Below are positions 30,931 through 39,753 of a stretch of 64,000 nt of DNA, one piece after another; the stretch's first letter is position 1; every line of letters starts with the position of its first letter. The notes beneath the pieces are model-generated. The model saw only the letters and a program-made list of their open reading frames with translations, searched no databases and was not told the DNA's origin. A program made the translations under genes and the position numbers. The DNA is taken from assembly GCA_902799665.1 (NCBI GenBank), contig CADCBK010000003.1, positions 7,566-71,565 of the forward strand. Reading direction: 5' to 3'. Origin of the DNA: an uncultured Spirochaetaceae bacterium (GTDB taxonomy: Bacteria; Spirochaetota; Spirochaetia; Treponematales; Treponemataceae).

Positions 30931-32118
30931 CTATTTGATAATTTGCATTACAATGCTTGCAACAGAAAAAATCAGCGCAAGAATGGATATTACCAGTGTT
31001 GTTACGCATAATTTTTTGGAAGAAAAATTTTTGATTTTCTTAATTTCGTCTGATTGCTCTTTGTCGAGGATGTCCTTTTGCTTTGTGTATTCGAAAAGGA
31101 CTTTAATGGCTTCCGCGTTTTTGTTGATCGCTTCCTCTTGTTTCTGATCAACTATATCCTTGTTACTTAAGAGCGTTCCCAGTTCTTCAAGCCTTTGTGT
31201 TTGTTCTGCGTCAATTCGTTCTTTTTCAAAAAGACTGTCATGAATTTCAGAAATTCTTTTGTTCTGCTTTTTGTTCTCATTGCTTAGAGAATCAATTTTT
31301 TTTGTTTGCTCAGCATCGATTTGTTCTTTTTCAGAAAGCGTATCGTTAATTTCAGAAATTTTTTTGTTTTGCTTTTTATTTTCATTGCTTAGAGAGTCGA
31401 TTTTTTTTGTCTGGTCGGCATCGATTTGTTCTTTTTCAGAAAGTGTATCGCTAATTTCAGAAATTCTTTCATTCTGCTTTTTGTTTTCATTGCTCAAAGA
31501 ATCAATCTTTTGAGATTGTTCTTTATCTATTTCGTCTTTTTCGTTCAGACGAGAAACGTTATTTTTGACTTGCTCGGTAAGAAATTCTTGCTTTTTTAGA
31601 ATGTCTTCTTGCTCTTTTAATTGACGAACTACATTCATCATTTCTTGTCTTGCTAGTTCAGAAATTTCGCCTTTGCTTGCGCCCTTTAATTTTTTTTCTA
31701 TAGCACGAACTGCAATCCTGTTTACAGTTATATTTGCGCATCCTAATTCAAAAAGGTATTTTGAAGTGTCTGCAAGTTTTTTATGAAATTCAAATGATTT
31801 TTGAAGGGCTTTTACGCTTACTTGTTGCGCGTTCGCAAGATTTTTTATGGCTTCTTGTGTGTCTTCTATTATGTCTTTTGTGTTGCCAGAGCGATGGGCA
31901 AAAATCCCTATGCCTTTTGTTTTGTAGGATTTCATTTCAGTATTGACATATTTCATTGCATTTTTAGCTGAGCTTTCTGAAGCGTTTATGGCTTTTTCTA
32001 GTTCAGAAATTTCTTCTATCCTTCCTGAAACAATTTCAGGAAGTTTGTCTGTATCAATATTTATGGATACAATTTCCTCATCTTTTTGAATTTTTGCAAG
32101 TTCTTTTGTTTTTTTCAT
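30931..32118 (-). CDS. Uncharacterised coiled-coil protein with tandem repeats and C-terminal TM anchor
   Basis: 395 aa, heptad-rich, 35-aa repeats, hydrophobic C-terminus. Confidence 0.8.
   Translation of the reverse strand: MKKTKELAKIQKDEEIVSINIDTDKLPEIVSGRIEEISELEKAINASESSAKNAMKYVNTEMKSYKTKGIGIFAHRSGNTKDIIEDTQEAIKNLANAQQVSVKALQKSFEFHKKLADTSKYLFELGCANITVNRIAVRAIEKKLKGASKGEISELARQEMMNVVRQLKEQEDILKKQEFLTEQVKNNVSRLNEKDEIDKEQSQKIDSLSNENKKQNERISEISDTLSEKEQIDADQTKKIDSLSNENKKQNKKISEINDTLSEKEQIDAEQTKKIDSLSNENKKQNKRISEIHDSLFEKERIDAEQTQRLEELGTLLSNKDIVDQKQEEAINKNAEAIKVLFEYTKQKDILDKEQSDEIKKIKNFSSKKLCVTTLVISILALIFSVASIVMQIIK
31200..31545 (-). repeat. About 3.3 copies of a 105-bp (35-aa) intragenic tandem repeat
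   Basis: Units resembling EKEQIDAxQTKKIDSLSNENKKQNxxISEIxDxLS; DNA matches at 31321 and 31426. Confidence 0.9.
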
Positions 32119-32121
32119 ATT

Positions 32122-33762
32122 CTACCCCCAAATTAGAATGTCTTCTATTTCTTTTTTTAACCCAGGATTAAAATCCTCTGCTTTTTCTACATAATTTCCA
32201 ATGTTGTCGATGCTGTTGAAGATTTCGTCGCAGGATTCAACAAAATACAAAACGCCTTCTTTTGTTGTCTTTTGCAGCGCATTTATTGCTTCTTCTGTGT
32301 CGATAGCTTCTAGCCACATGCCTTCTTGCATATAGAACAACTTTGCTGTTTGAAGCGTATTGTCTACACTGCGGTATTGCATCCGTTTTTTTATGAGTTT
32401 TTGTCCCTTTATGCCCATGCCAACATCGGAGCCAATGGCAATAATAAATCGTCCAACACCAACAAAATTCACTTTAAGAATAAACTTGCTCCAATATGCT
32501 GGCGTTAGTGGAGGTCCAGCTTCTATTGCTGAGCGAATTGCTGCGTCAGCTAAATCTACTGCGGTAAAAGTCCCGCTTTCAATTGTTATCATACGAGCAA
32601 TGGTTCTATTGTTTAAAGGAATTACATTGTTCCAATTCACAGATGACCAGTCTCCATCATTTTTGTGACATTCCTGAATTAATCGTCGTGTGAAATAGAA
32701 TGTTCTTACAAGAACTTCACCAATGATTACGGGAATTGCTTGACGACCTAGTTCATTCAAGACGGCAAGTTCCGCTCTCATGTCCCATTTGCCTTTTACA
32801 TACAAGTCGTTTACTATTTTGGGTAGACTTGTCTTGTTTATTCCTGGCAAGGAAGAAATCTCATGTAGGAGAGAAATGAACAGCCCTGGTATGCCCATTC
32901 CGCCACCCGCCGTGTTTTTAGAGCCGCCCATGTCACTTACAAGATGTCCGGCCCAATTTACAGCTGTTTTCAAGATTGAAATGGCCATTGGTGCCGCTGC
33001 TAGGGCTTTTATTAATTTTTGAATTGGTTTTGGAATTTTTTCATCTATTTTGTCTTTATATTTACTTTCCGCAATATTAATCATCCACATCAAAATGCCG
33101 GAAATAATTACGGGAAGCCATATTTTCAATAATTCTTTTGGTTCTGTACTGATAAAAACAAAATGCCATTCGCCATTTTTATTTACAAAAATGCCCATTC
33201 TAAAGAATTGAACGATAATTGCGGCAGCCAATCCAAGCAGAGTTGGATGATGGGCAAAATCAGCAAGATGATGGTTCTTTGCGTTTACGCCAATGTTAGC
33301 GCCTGACCAAATATTGTCTTGCGCAACAGGGAATTTTTTTTCAAGAAAGGCAATCGCTCCATTTAGGCGTTCGCCTTTGTAGCCATTTAACTTTGCGAAT
33401 TGTGTTATAAATTGATTTACCTGTTTGTGACTCTTTGCTTTTCCTCTTTTAAAATCAAACTCGCCTACAAAAAAAGAGTCAATTAATCCACACAATACCC
33501 CTGCGCCGACAGCTATCGCGTAGTCAAATCCATCTGCATGATTTGTTAATCGTTCTATGTCGTTGTTAAGAGCGTCGATTTTTGCATTTGCTTCTGCTGA
33601 ACGAGCGTCTATTTCGGCTATTTTTTCACTTATTGCTTTTTTTCGTGAGTCAAGGCTTTTTTTATCAAAAGGAGGGGCGATTTCGTATTCAATTTGAAAG
33701 CCGTCTGGCATTTCGTTTTTTAATGCGACAACTATTTCAGAATCAATTTTTGCTTTTGGCAT
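32122..33762 (-). CDS. Uncharacterised helical/membrane protein
   Basis: 546 aa with N-terminal coiled coil, hydrophobic segments and motifs NHHLADFAHHP and WAGHLVSDMGGS..GxGIPG. Confidence 0.8.
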   Translation of the reverse strand: MPKAKIDSEIVVALKNEMPDGFQIEYEIAPPFDKKSLDSRKKAISEKIAEIDARSAEANAKIDALNNDIERLTNHADGFDYAIAVGAGVLCGLIDSFFVGEFDFKRGKAKSHKQVNQFITQFAKLNGYKGERLNGAIAFLEKKFPVAQDNIWSGANIGVNAKNHHLADFAHHPTLLGLAAAIIVQFFRMGIFVNKNGEWHFVFISTEPKELLKIWLPVIISGILMWMINIAESKYKDKIDEKIPKPIQKLIKALAAAPMAISILKTAVNWAGHLVSDMGGSKNTAGGGMGIPGLFISLLHEISSLPGINKTSLPKIVNDLYVKGKWDMRAELAVLNELGRQAIPVIIGEVLVRTFYFTRRLIQECHKNDGDWSSVNWNNVIPLNNRTIARMITIESGTFTAVDLADAAIRSAIEAGPPLTPAYWSKFILKVNFVGVGRFIIAIGSDVGMGIKGQKLIKKRMQYRSVDNTLQTAKLFYMQEGMWLEAIDTEEAINALQKTTKEGVLYFVESCDEIFNSIDNIGNYVEKAEDFNPGLKKEIEDILIWG

Positions 33763-33814
33763 ATGAGCTTAAAACTTGTTGAGTGTTGCCAGTTTTTTCA
33801 CGATTTTTGCGCTA

Positions 33815-34120
33815 TCAATAACCGCTGCCTATTTTTCGCATAAACATATCTATGTCTGTTGCGAATCTAGGGGTTTTTCTAAGCGTAGCAAATTGATTAT
33901 TGCATATTGCCTGATATTGTCTATAATATTCCTTTGTTTTATAGCTGTCTTTTGTTGACAGTGCCAAAATACAGATGACTTTACGAGTGTTATTTGTTTC
34001 GTTTTCAATGTATGAACATAGTGTTCTTGAATCTTGTCTACAAGCTTCTCTGTAGTATGGATAAAATTGATCTGCTACCGCTTTTCCCATGCCGTCAACT
34101 AGTGAACTAAGAAATCCCAT
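33815..34120 (-). CDS. Hypothetical protein
   Basis: 101 aa with GAGG RBS; first gene of the islet operon. Confidence 0.7.
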   Translation of the reverse strand: MGFLSSLVDGMGKAVADQFYPYYREACRQDSRTLCSYIENETNNTRKVICILALSTKDSYKTKEYYRQYQAICNNQFATLRKTPRFATDIDMFMRKIGSGY

Positions 34121-34169
34121 TTTTTTACCTCTCTTTTTTGGAATTCGATAATTGATGCTTATTTTTTTA

Positions 34170-34248
34170 ACATCAATATATTGTTGTCATTGAATTATAA
34201 AACAATATATTAACGTTGTTAAGTTTTAAACATCAAAATATTGATAGT
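34170..34248. promoter_or_regulatory. Putative XRE operator boxes
   Basis: CATCAA-tata-TTGTTG (34171), degenerate AAACAA-tata-TTAACG (34200), CATCAA-aata-TTGATA (34231). Confidence 0.55.
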
Positions 34249-34256
34249 ATGAAATT

Positions 34257-34586
34257 ATGGGATTCAAAGAAAGATTACGGGACGAGATTGAATATCGCGG
34301 GCTTTTGGTAAAAGAAGTCTCCGCGGCTGTTGGAATCAGCAACAGTACCTTTTTGTCCTATATTGACGCGAGGGGCGTTTTGCCTAACGTTGAAACTGCT
34401 GTAAAAATCGCAAGATATCTTGGCGTTTCTGTTGAATACCTTGTTGACGGCGACGCTAAAGTTCCAGAAAAGGCAAAGTCCGCCGTAAATCCAGCAAAGA
34501 AAAAGCTTTCCGAATCTTATGACAAACTTTCCGCCCATGACAAAAAAGTTCTCTTAAAAATCGCTGACGCGATGGGCAAGCATTAA
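34257..34586 (+). CDS. XRE-family HTH regulator
   Basis: Cro/C1 HTH; IARYLGVSVEYLV. Confidence 0.88.
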   Translation: MGFKERLRDEIEYRGLLVKEVSAAVGISNSTFLSYIDARGVLPNVETAVKIARYLGVSVEYLVDGDAKVPEKAKSAVNPAKKKLSESYDKLSAHDKKVLLKIADAMGKH

Positions 34587-34632
34587 CTTGCAAAAATCCA
34601 AAATTGCGCTAAAATTAAACATGGAAGAAAAA

Positions 34633-34770
34633 ATGCCAGTTCTTTCAATGTTTTATGGAATTATTGTCAGAATGCAGAGCGAACACGGCGGCAAACACCA
34701 TGTTCCGCATATTCATGCTATTTGCGGCGATGATGAATCCGTTTTTTTTCTTTGCTTAGACCTACAGTGA
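34633..34770 (+). pseudogene. Truncated DUF4160 (HicA-like) toxin
   Basis: MPVLSMFYGIIVRM...HHVPHIHA is the family N-terminus. The C-terminal half is absent. Confidence 0.75.
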
Positions 34771-34985
34771 CCGCTGTTTTTGCGGAAAACGATTATATTC
34801 TTCTCTTGGAGTTTGACAACGGCGAGCGAAAGCGTTTTGACGTAAAGCCATACATAAAAGGTTCGTGGTTTGGCCAGTTGAACGACAGCGCTTATTTTAA
34901 AAGCGTTCGCGCCAATGGCTTCAATGTTGAATGGCCAAACGGCCAAGACATTTGCCCGGATGATTTGTATTACAACGCTAAGTAA
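34752..34985 (+). CDS. DUF2442-family antitoxin
   Basis: LLLEFDNGE..FDVKPY..VEWPNGQDICPD; TTG start without an obvious RBS. Confidence 0.8.
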   Translation: MLRPTVTAVFAENDYILLLEFDNGERKRFDVKPYIKGSWFGQLNDSAYFKSVRANGFNVEWPNGQDICPDDLYYNAK

Positions 34986-34999
34986 ATATCCCCGTCTTC

Positions 35000-35021
35000 C
35001 CTTTAGTTGAAAAAAAATCCC
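35000..35021 (+). repeat. 22-bp direct repeat, copy 1 (contains a -35 box)
   Basis: CCTTTAGTTGAAAAAAAATCCC, identical to 37973-37994. Confidence 0.9.
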
Positions 35022-35067
35022 ATTTGATGTAATATCCTAAAAAGACCTTGGCTTTTCTTATAAGTTG

Positions 35068-36528
35068 ATGAACAAAAAATATAAACCGACAAAAAATCTT
35101 CTTTTTCTAACCTTGTTGAGTTTGCTTTGCGCGACGCTGAATGTCATTGCTTCCATTGCGGCTGGAGAAACGCATTTCCCGCTTTACATGGACAGTTTTG
35201 CAACTATTGCAATTGCGGCGCTTGGCGGACTTGCGCCGTCGATTTTGGTCGCGATTCTTACAAACGGCTCGCTTTTTTTGCATGGACGGCTCAAGTTGAT
35301 TTTTATGCTTTGCCAGTTGATGACGGCTGTTGGCTCTTGGGCGGTTTTTAAGCTTGCGCGAAAGAGAGACGAAGAAAAACTTTCGCTTGACTTTTTTATG
35401 CTTGCAGGAATTTTAAGCGCGTGCACCAATGGCATTTTTGGCTCGCTTTTTGCGGCTTACTATCATTACAACCTTACTGCGATTGAGCAGGGAATTTTCT
35501 TTGTCACGAAAAACGTTATTGCGGCAAACCTTACAGGCGGTTTTTTGCTGAACCTTGTTGACAAGGCGATCGCGTCTTTTATCGCATACGGGATGTACTT
35601 GTTCGTAAGAACGTCCGACCGCCGTTTGCCAGCGGAAACGCCTAGATTAAAAATCAAGCCTGAATATATATATTTGATGATTTCTTTTTTTGTATTGTGC
35701 GTGTCGTTTGCGTTCAAAAAAAATTCGGACGATAAATTCTCTAGGCTGTACGAAACGGCTGTGATGGATGCGCGGCATGAGGAAATACAAGAAATTCATG
35801 CGCAAGAAAGATTCATAAACAAGGGATTTGATTCAGTTTTGTACGCGTCGTTTTTGCTTGCGGCGATTTCAGGTTTTATAATGCATGTAAAATTAAGCAG
35901 GCAGAAAAGCCAGATTCAAATAATCAAGGCTCGCGATGAAACTCAAAAAGAATTTTCGCGAGATTTACATGACGGAATCATTCAGTCGCTTTCGGTTTTA
36001 AAAATCTGCCTCTCGCAAAACGAAAGCGGCAGGGCGCTTTTGATTGCGGATGAGGCTGTCAAAGAGGCCCGCGAACTTTTGGGACTTTCGAGGCTTGATT
36101 TGTCTTTCGATTTTAAGACGATTGTCAGACAATGCGCGAAGGTTTTTGAAGAGACTTATAAAATTAAGCCTAATGTTTATGAAGCGAGCGAGTTTGCGGA
36201 CGGTTTTTCTTACGCCGCAAAGTATGAGATGCTGAAAATTCTGCAGGAGTCGTTGCGGAATGCGGCAAAACACAGCGGGGCGACGGAAATAGAAATCAGG
36301 ATGATTGACATGACGGACAATTTTATCTTTTCTGTGACCGACAATGGTTGCGGTTTTGCGGATAAGACGGCGGATGAAAAGATGGCGGGCGAAGAGTCGC
36401 AAAATTCCGCAACTCACGCTGGATTGAAGATTATGGAAGAAAGGGCGGCGGCATTAGGTGGAAAACTTAATGTAAAATCTGATCAAAACGGCGCAAGCGT
36501 AAGACTGATAATTCCGATAAAAAAATAG
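35068..36528 (+). CDS. Sensor histidine kinase (HisKA_3/NarX-like) with ECF S-component-like N-terminus
   Basis: N-terminal PLYMDS...NLVDK membrane domain; SRDLHD H-box, ESLRNAAKHS, DNGCGF, GLKIMEER. Confidence 0.82.
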   Translation: MNKKYKPTKNLLFLTLLSLLCATLNVIASIAAGETHFPLYMDSFATIAIAALGGLAPSILVAILTNGSLFLHGRLKLIFMLCQLMTAVGSWAVFKLARKRDEEKLSLDFFMLAGILSACTNGIFGSLFAAYYHYNLTAIEQGIFFVTKNVIAANLTGGFLLNLVDKAIASFIAYGMYLFVRTSDRRLPAETPRLKIKPEYIYLMISFFVLCVSFAFKKNSDDKFSRLYETAVMDARHEEIQEIHAQERFINKGFDSVLYASFLLAAISGFIMHVKLSRQKSQIQIIKARDETQKEFSRDLHDGIIQSLSVLKICLSQNESGRALLIADEAVKEARELLGLSRLDLSFDFKTIVRQCAKVFEETYKIKPNVYEASEFADGFSYAAKYEMLKILQESLRNAAKHSGATEIEIRMIDMTDNFIFSVTDNGCGFADKTADEKMAGEESQNSATHAGLKIMEERAAALGGKLNVKSDQNGASVRLIIPIKK

Positions 36529-36538
36529 GGGCTGAAAA

Positions 36539-37210
36539 ATGAAAGTGCTTTTTATTGATGACCACAATATGTTGCGTGAAAGTCTTTCTCTTGCCTTGCA
36601 AAACGAAATCATGGATTTTGAGTTTTTGCAGGCCTCCAGCGGCAAAGAGGCAGAAGCCGCGCTTCTAAAAAACGCTGACTGTTCTGTTCTTCTTTTGGAC
36701 TTGCGGATTGGAAACGAAAACGGACTTTCGCTTTTGGCGGGTTTGCGGAAAATTCGGAGCGACATACGGACTCTTGTTTGCACGGCGTTTTGCGAGCCGC
36801 TGGTTGTTGAAAATGCTATGAAAATGAATATTCAAGGGTTCATTTCAAAAAATTCCGATCTTTCTGAAATTGCAACAGCCTTAAGAACGGTCGCGCAAGG
36901 CAAGGAGTATTTTTGCGCGGAAGCTGTTTCTGTGATGAAGGCAAATTATGCTAAAATAGCGACCGGACTGGCCGACAGTTCCGACCGCACGACAGAACTG
37001 TTCGCAAAGTATAAAACGCTTTCAAAAAAAGAGCGCGAAATTTTTGAACTGCTTTCAAAAAAAGTTGATCCGGCTGATATTGCCGCTAAGTTAGGAAAAT
37101 CCATAAAAACTGTGGAAAACCAGCGAACGGCAATTTATGCAAAGATGAATATTCATGACAGACTTGAAATCGTTGAAGCCGGGAAGATTTTGGGCGTTTC
37201 AGAAATCTAA
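36539..37210 (+). CDS. NarL/LuxR-family response regulator
   Basis: IDDH, LLDL and C-terminal LuxR HTH (SIKTVENQR). Confidence 0.9.
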   Translation: MKVLFIDDHNMLRESLSLALQNEIMDFEFLQASSGKEAEAALLKNADCSVLLLDLRIGNENGLSLLAGLRKIRSDIRTLVCTAFCEPLVVENAMKMNIQGFISKNSDLSEIATALRTVAQGKEYFCAEAVSVMKANYAKIATGLADSSDRTTELFAKYKTLSKKEREIFELLSKKVDPADIAAKLGKSIKTVENQRTAIYAKMNIHDRLEIVEAGKILGVSEI

Positions 37211-37226
37211 CCCGGCTTTTTAAGGG

Positions 37227-37817
37227 TTACTTTAACTTGTCAAATTTCTTTTGGAAGAAGTCTGCTTCCGCGCTTGCTCCGCTTGAATTTAACTTCATGA
37301 TTCCAAATTCCAGTTTTTCTTTGATCGCATTGTATAAGGCTTTTTGATCCGGAGTCTTAAATCTTGGCAGTGAAGAAATTTGCGTAAAAAGATTTTGAAT
37401 CTGGTTTTGCAAGCCTTCGCTTGTAGTCTCAAATTTAAGGTTTATAATTTCTTCTGTTTTCGCTTTGTTTTCTTTTTTCTGATTCAGCACAGACTTCATT
37501 TCGTCGCCAGCGGAAGAAAAGACAGAGCCAAACATGCTTCCCAATCCGCCCATTCCGCCGCCAGATTCTTGAACGCTTGAATTTCCGTCGGAGCTTTCTG
37601 GATTGGAAGATCCGCCTCCATTTTTAGAATTTTCATATGCCAATTTGCATGCTTTGCTGCAAAAGTTGCGCTTTCCGGCAAGCCTTGCGATGCCTCCGAT
37701 TGCTTTTATGCCGATTCCAAGTCCCATTGCGTCCGCAAAAGCGTTTCCAGCGTCTCTATCCGCTGAAAACATCGGTTTATAGCTTCTTCCGCACCAATCA
37801 CAAGTTTTGTAAGCCAT
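37227..37817 (-). CDS. Hypothetical protein with CxxC...FCSxxC metal-binding motif
   Basis: AGGAGG RBS; CDWC...FCSKAC; Gly/Ser linker; helical C-terminus. Confidence 0.75.
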   Translation of the reverse strand: MAYKTCDWCGRSYKPMFSADRDAGNAFADAMGLGIGIKAIGGIARLAGKRNFCSKACKLAYENSKNGGGSSNPESSDGNSSVQESGGGMGGLGSMFGSVFSSAGDEMKSVLNQKKENKAKTEEIINLKFETTSEGLQNQIQNLFTQISSLPRFKTPDQKALYNAIKEKLEFGIMKLNSSGASAEADFFQKKFDKLK

Positions 37818-37972
37818 ATTAAAGAGCCTCCTTATATTATGTATTTGCATTTTACTGTTTTGTCTTTTTTATGTATTGAACTTTGTAACTCAAAATTTTT
37901 GGGAATTTTTCTCAAAAATTGATGAGGCCAATTTGTCAATAAAGAGGACGCGATATTGCTTTGCATGCCGTT

Positions 37973-37994
37973 CCTTTAGTTGAAAAAAAATCCC
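37973..37994 (+). repeat. 22-bp direct repeat, copy 2 (promoter region of the ABC transporter)
   Basis: TTGAAA-17bp-TATCAT lies 8 nt before ATG 38017. Confidence 0.9.
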
Positions 37995-38016
37995 TTTTGC
38001 TTTATCATCGTTCAGA

Positions 38017-39753
38017 ATGAATTACAACGACTCGTCGATAAAAATCTTTTTCAGCTACTACAAGCCGCACATCGCGATTTTCGCGGCGGACATGGTTTGC
38101 GCTTTTTTCATCGCGGCCATAAACGTAAGCTTTCCGATTTTGACCCGCTATCTTTTAAACACCTTGATTCCGCAAGGCGCCTTTAAGCTTTTTTATTGCT
38201 TCATGGCCGCCGCCCTTGGAATGTATGTCTTGCGCTGGGTCTTTGTTTGGTTCGTCAACTATTGGGGCCATTACTTTGGCGTCAAGGTGGAGACAGACAT
38301 GAGGCGCGACGTTTTTGCAAAGCTGCAGGAGCAGAGCTTTTCGTTTTTTGACACGCATCTCACAGGCCACCTTATGAGCCGCGCCACAAGCGACCTTTTT
38401 GAAATCACCGAGCTCGCGCACCACGGGCCTGAGGACGTTATGGTTTCGCTCCTCACTCTTGTCGGAAGCTTTGTCCTGCTTTTGAGAATTCGCTGGGAGC
38501 TTGCGCTCGTCGTCTTTGTCTTTTTGCTCGCGACTATTTTCATCACGGCGGTAAACCGCAGGCGCCTTTCCGACTCTTCGCGCGTCGTAAAAGAAAAGAC
38601 CTCGTCGATAAACGCGGCCTTGGAAAACTCGCTTACAGGAATCAGGGTGACGCAGAGCTTTACGGCGGAAGATTTGGAAATCCAAAAATTCAAGCAAAGC
38701 AACGAGCGCTACAAGGAAAGCAAAAAAGTTTTTTACAAGGCCATGTCAACCTTCCACGCCAACGTTGAATTTTTAATCGCGCTTCTTTCTGTCCTGGTCA
38801 TCGCGCTTGGCGGCTATTTTATAATGAAAGGCAAGATGACGCTTCCTGACTTGATTGCGGCCAACCTTTTTGTGGCGGCCTTTAGCGCTCCGATTGGAAA
38901 GTTGATTTTCTTTGTGGAACAGTACACTACCGGCATAGCGGGCTTTAGGCGCTTTTTGGAAATCATGCGGACGGACACTTCGATAAAAGAGGATCCTTGC
39001 GCGGTGGAACTTTTGAGCGCCCGCGGAAACATTTCGTTTAAAGACGTATGCTTTTCCTACAATAAAAATGTCAGCGTCTTGGAAAACGTCAATTTGGAAA
39101 TCAAGGCCGGAGAGCACTTTGCGCTTGTGGGCGAAAGCGGCGGCGGAAAGACTACGATTTGCAATTTGCTTCCGCGCTTTTACGAGGCCACAAGCGGAAG
39201 CGTTTTGCTTGACGGAATTGACATAAAAAAAATAAAGCTTCAAAGCTTGCGGAAGCAAATCGGCCTTGTCCAGCAGGATGTTTTTTTGTTCGCCGGAACT
39301 GTCCGCGAAAACATCGCCTACGGAAACCCCAACGCGAGCGAGGACGAAATAATCCTTGCCGCAAAAAGGGCTGAAATCCACGACGACATTCTAAAAATGC
39401 CCGACGGCTACGACACGCTTGTGGGCGAGCGCGGCCTTAAGCTTTCGGGCGGCCAAAAACAGAGAGTCTCAATCGCGCGCTGCTTCCTAAAAAATCCGCC
39501 GATACTGATTCTTGACGAGGCGACAAGCGCGCTTGACTCCGCGACCGAAATGAAAATCCAAAAAGCCTTTGACGAGCTTTCAAAAGGCCGCACCACGCTT
39601 GTAATCGCGCACAGGCTTTCGACAATAAAAAATGCGGACAGCATCGCTGTCGTTGACGGAAAGGGCGTCGTCGAATGCGGAAGCCACGATGAGCTTTTGG
39701 CGCTTGGCAAAAAGTACGCCGCGCTATGGAACACGCAGGCGGCTGTTAGATGA
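38017..39753 (+). CDS. ABC exporter (fused permease/ATPase)
   Basis: GESGGGKT, LSGGQKQR, ILDEATS, IAHRLST. Confidence 0.95.
   Translation: MNYNDSSIKIFFSYYKPHIAIFAADMVCAFFIAAINVSFPILTRYLLNTLIPQGAFKLFYCFMAAALGMYVLRWVFVWFVNYWGHYFGVKVETDMRRDVFAKLQEQSFSFFDTHLTGHLMSRATSDLFEITELAHHGPEDVMVSLLTLVGSFVLLLRIRWELALVVFVFLLATIFITAVNRRRLSDSSRVVKEKTSSINAALENSLTGIRVTQSFTAEDLEIQKFKQSNERYKESKKVFYKAMSTFHANVEFLIALLSVLVIALGGYFIMKGKMTLPDLIAANLFVAAFSAPIGKLIFFVEQYTTGIAGFRRFLEIMRTDTSIKEDPCAVELLSARGNISFKDVCFSYNKNVSVLENVNLEIKAGEHFALVGESGGGKTTICNLLPRFYEATSGSVLLDGIDIKKIKLQSLRKQIGLVQQDVFLFAGTVRENIAYGNPNASEDEIILAAKRAEIHDDILKMPDGYDTLVGERGLKLSGGQKQRVSIARCFLKNPPILILDEATSALDSATEMKIQKAFDELSKGRTTLVIAHRLSTIKNADSIAVVDGKGVVECGSHDELLALGKKYAALWNTQAAVR

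Noticed and set aside
31200-31545. Repeats as a CRISPR array
   Set aside because: They are in-frame coding repeats without unique spacers, and there are no cas genes in the window.
30900-38000. Prophage or ICE
   Set aside because: No integrase, structural, replication or conjugation genes.
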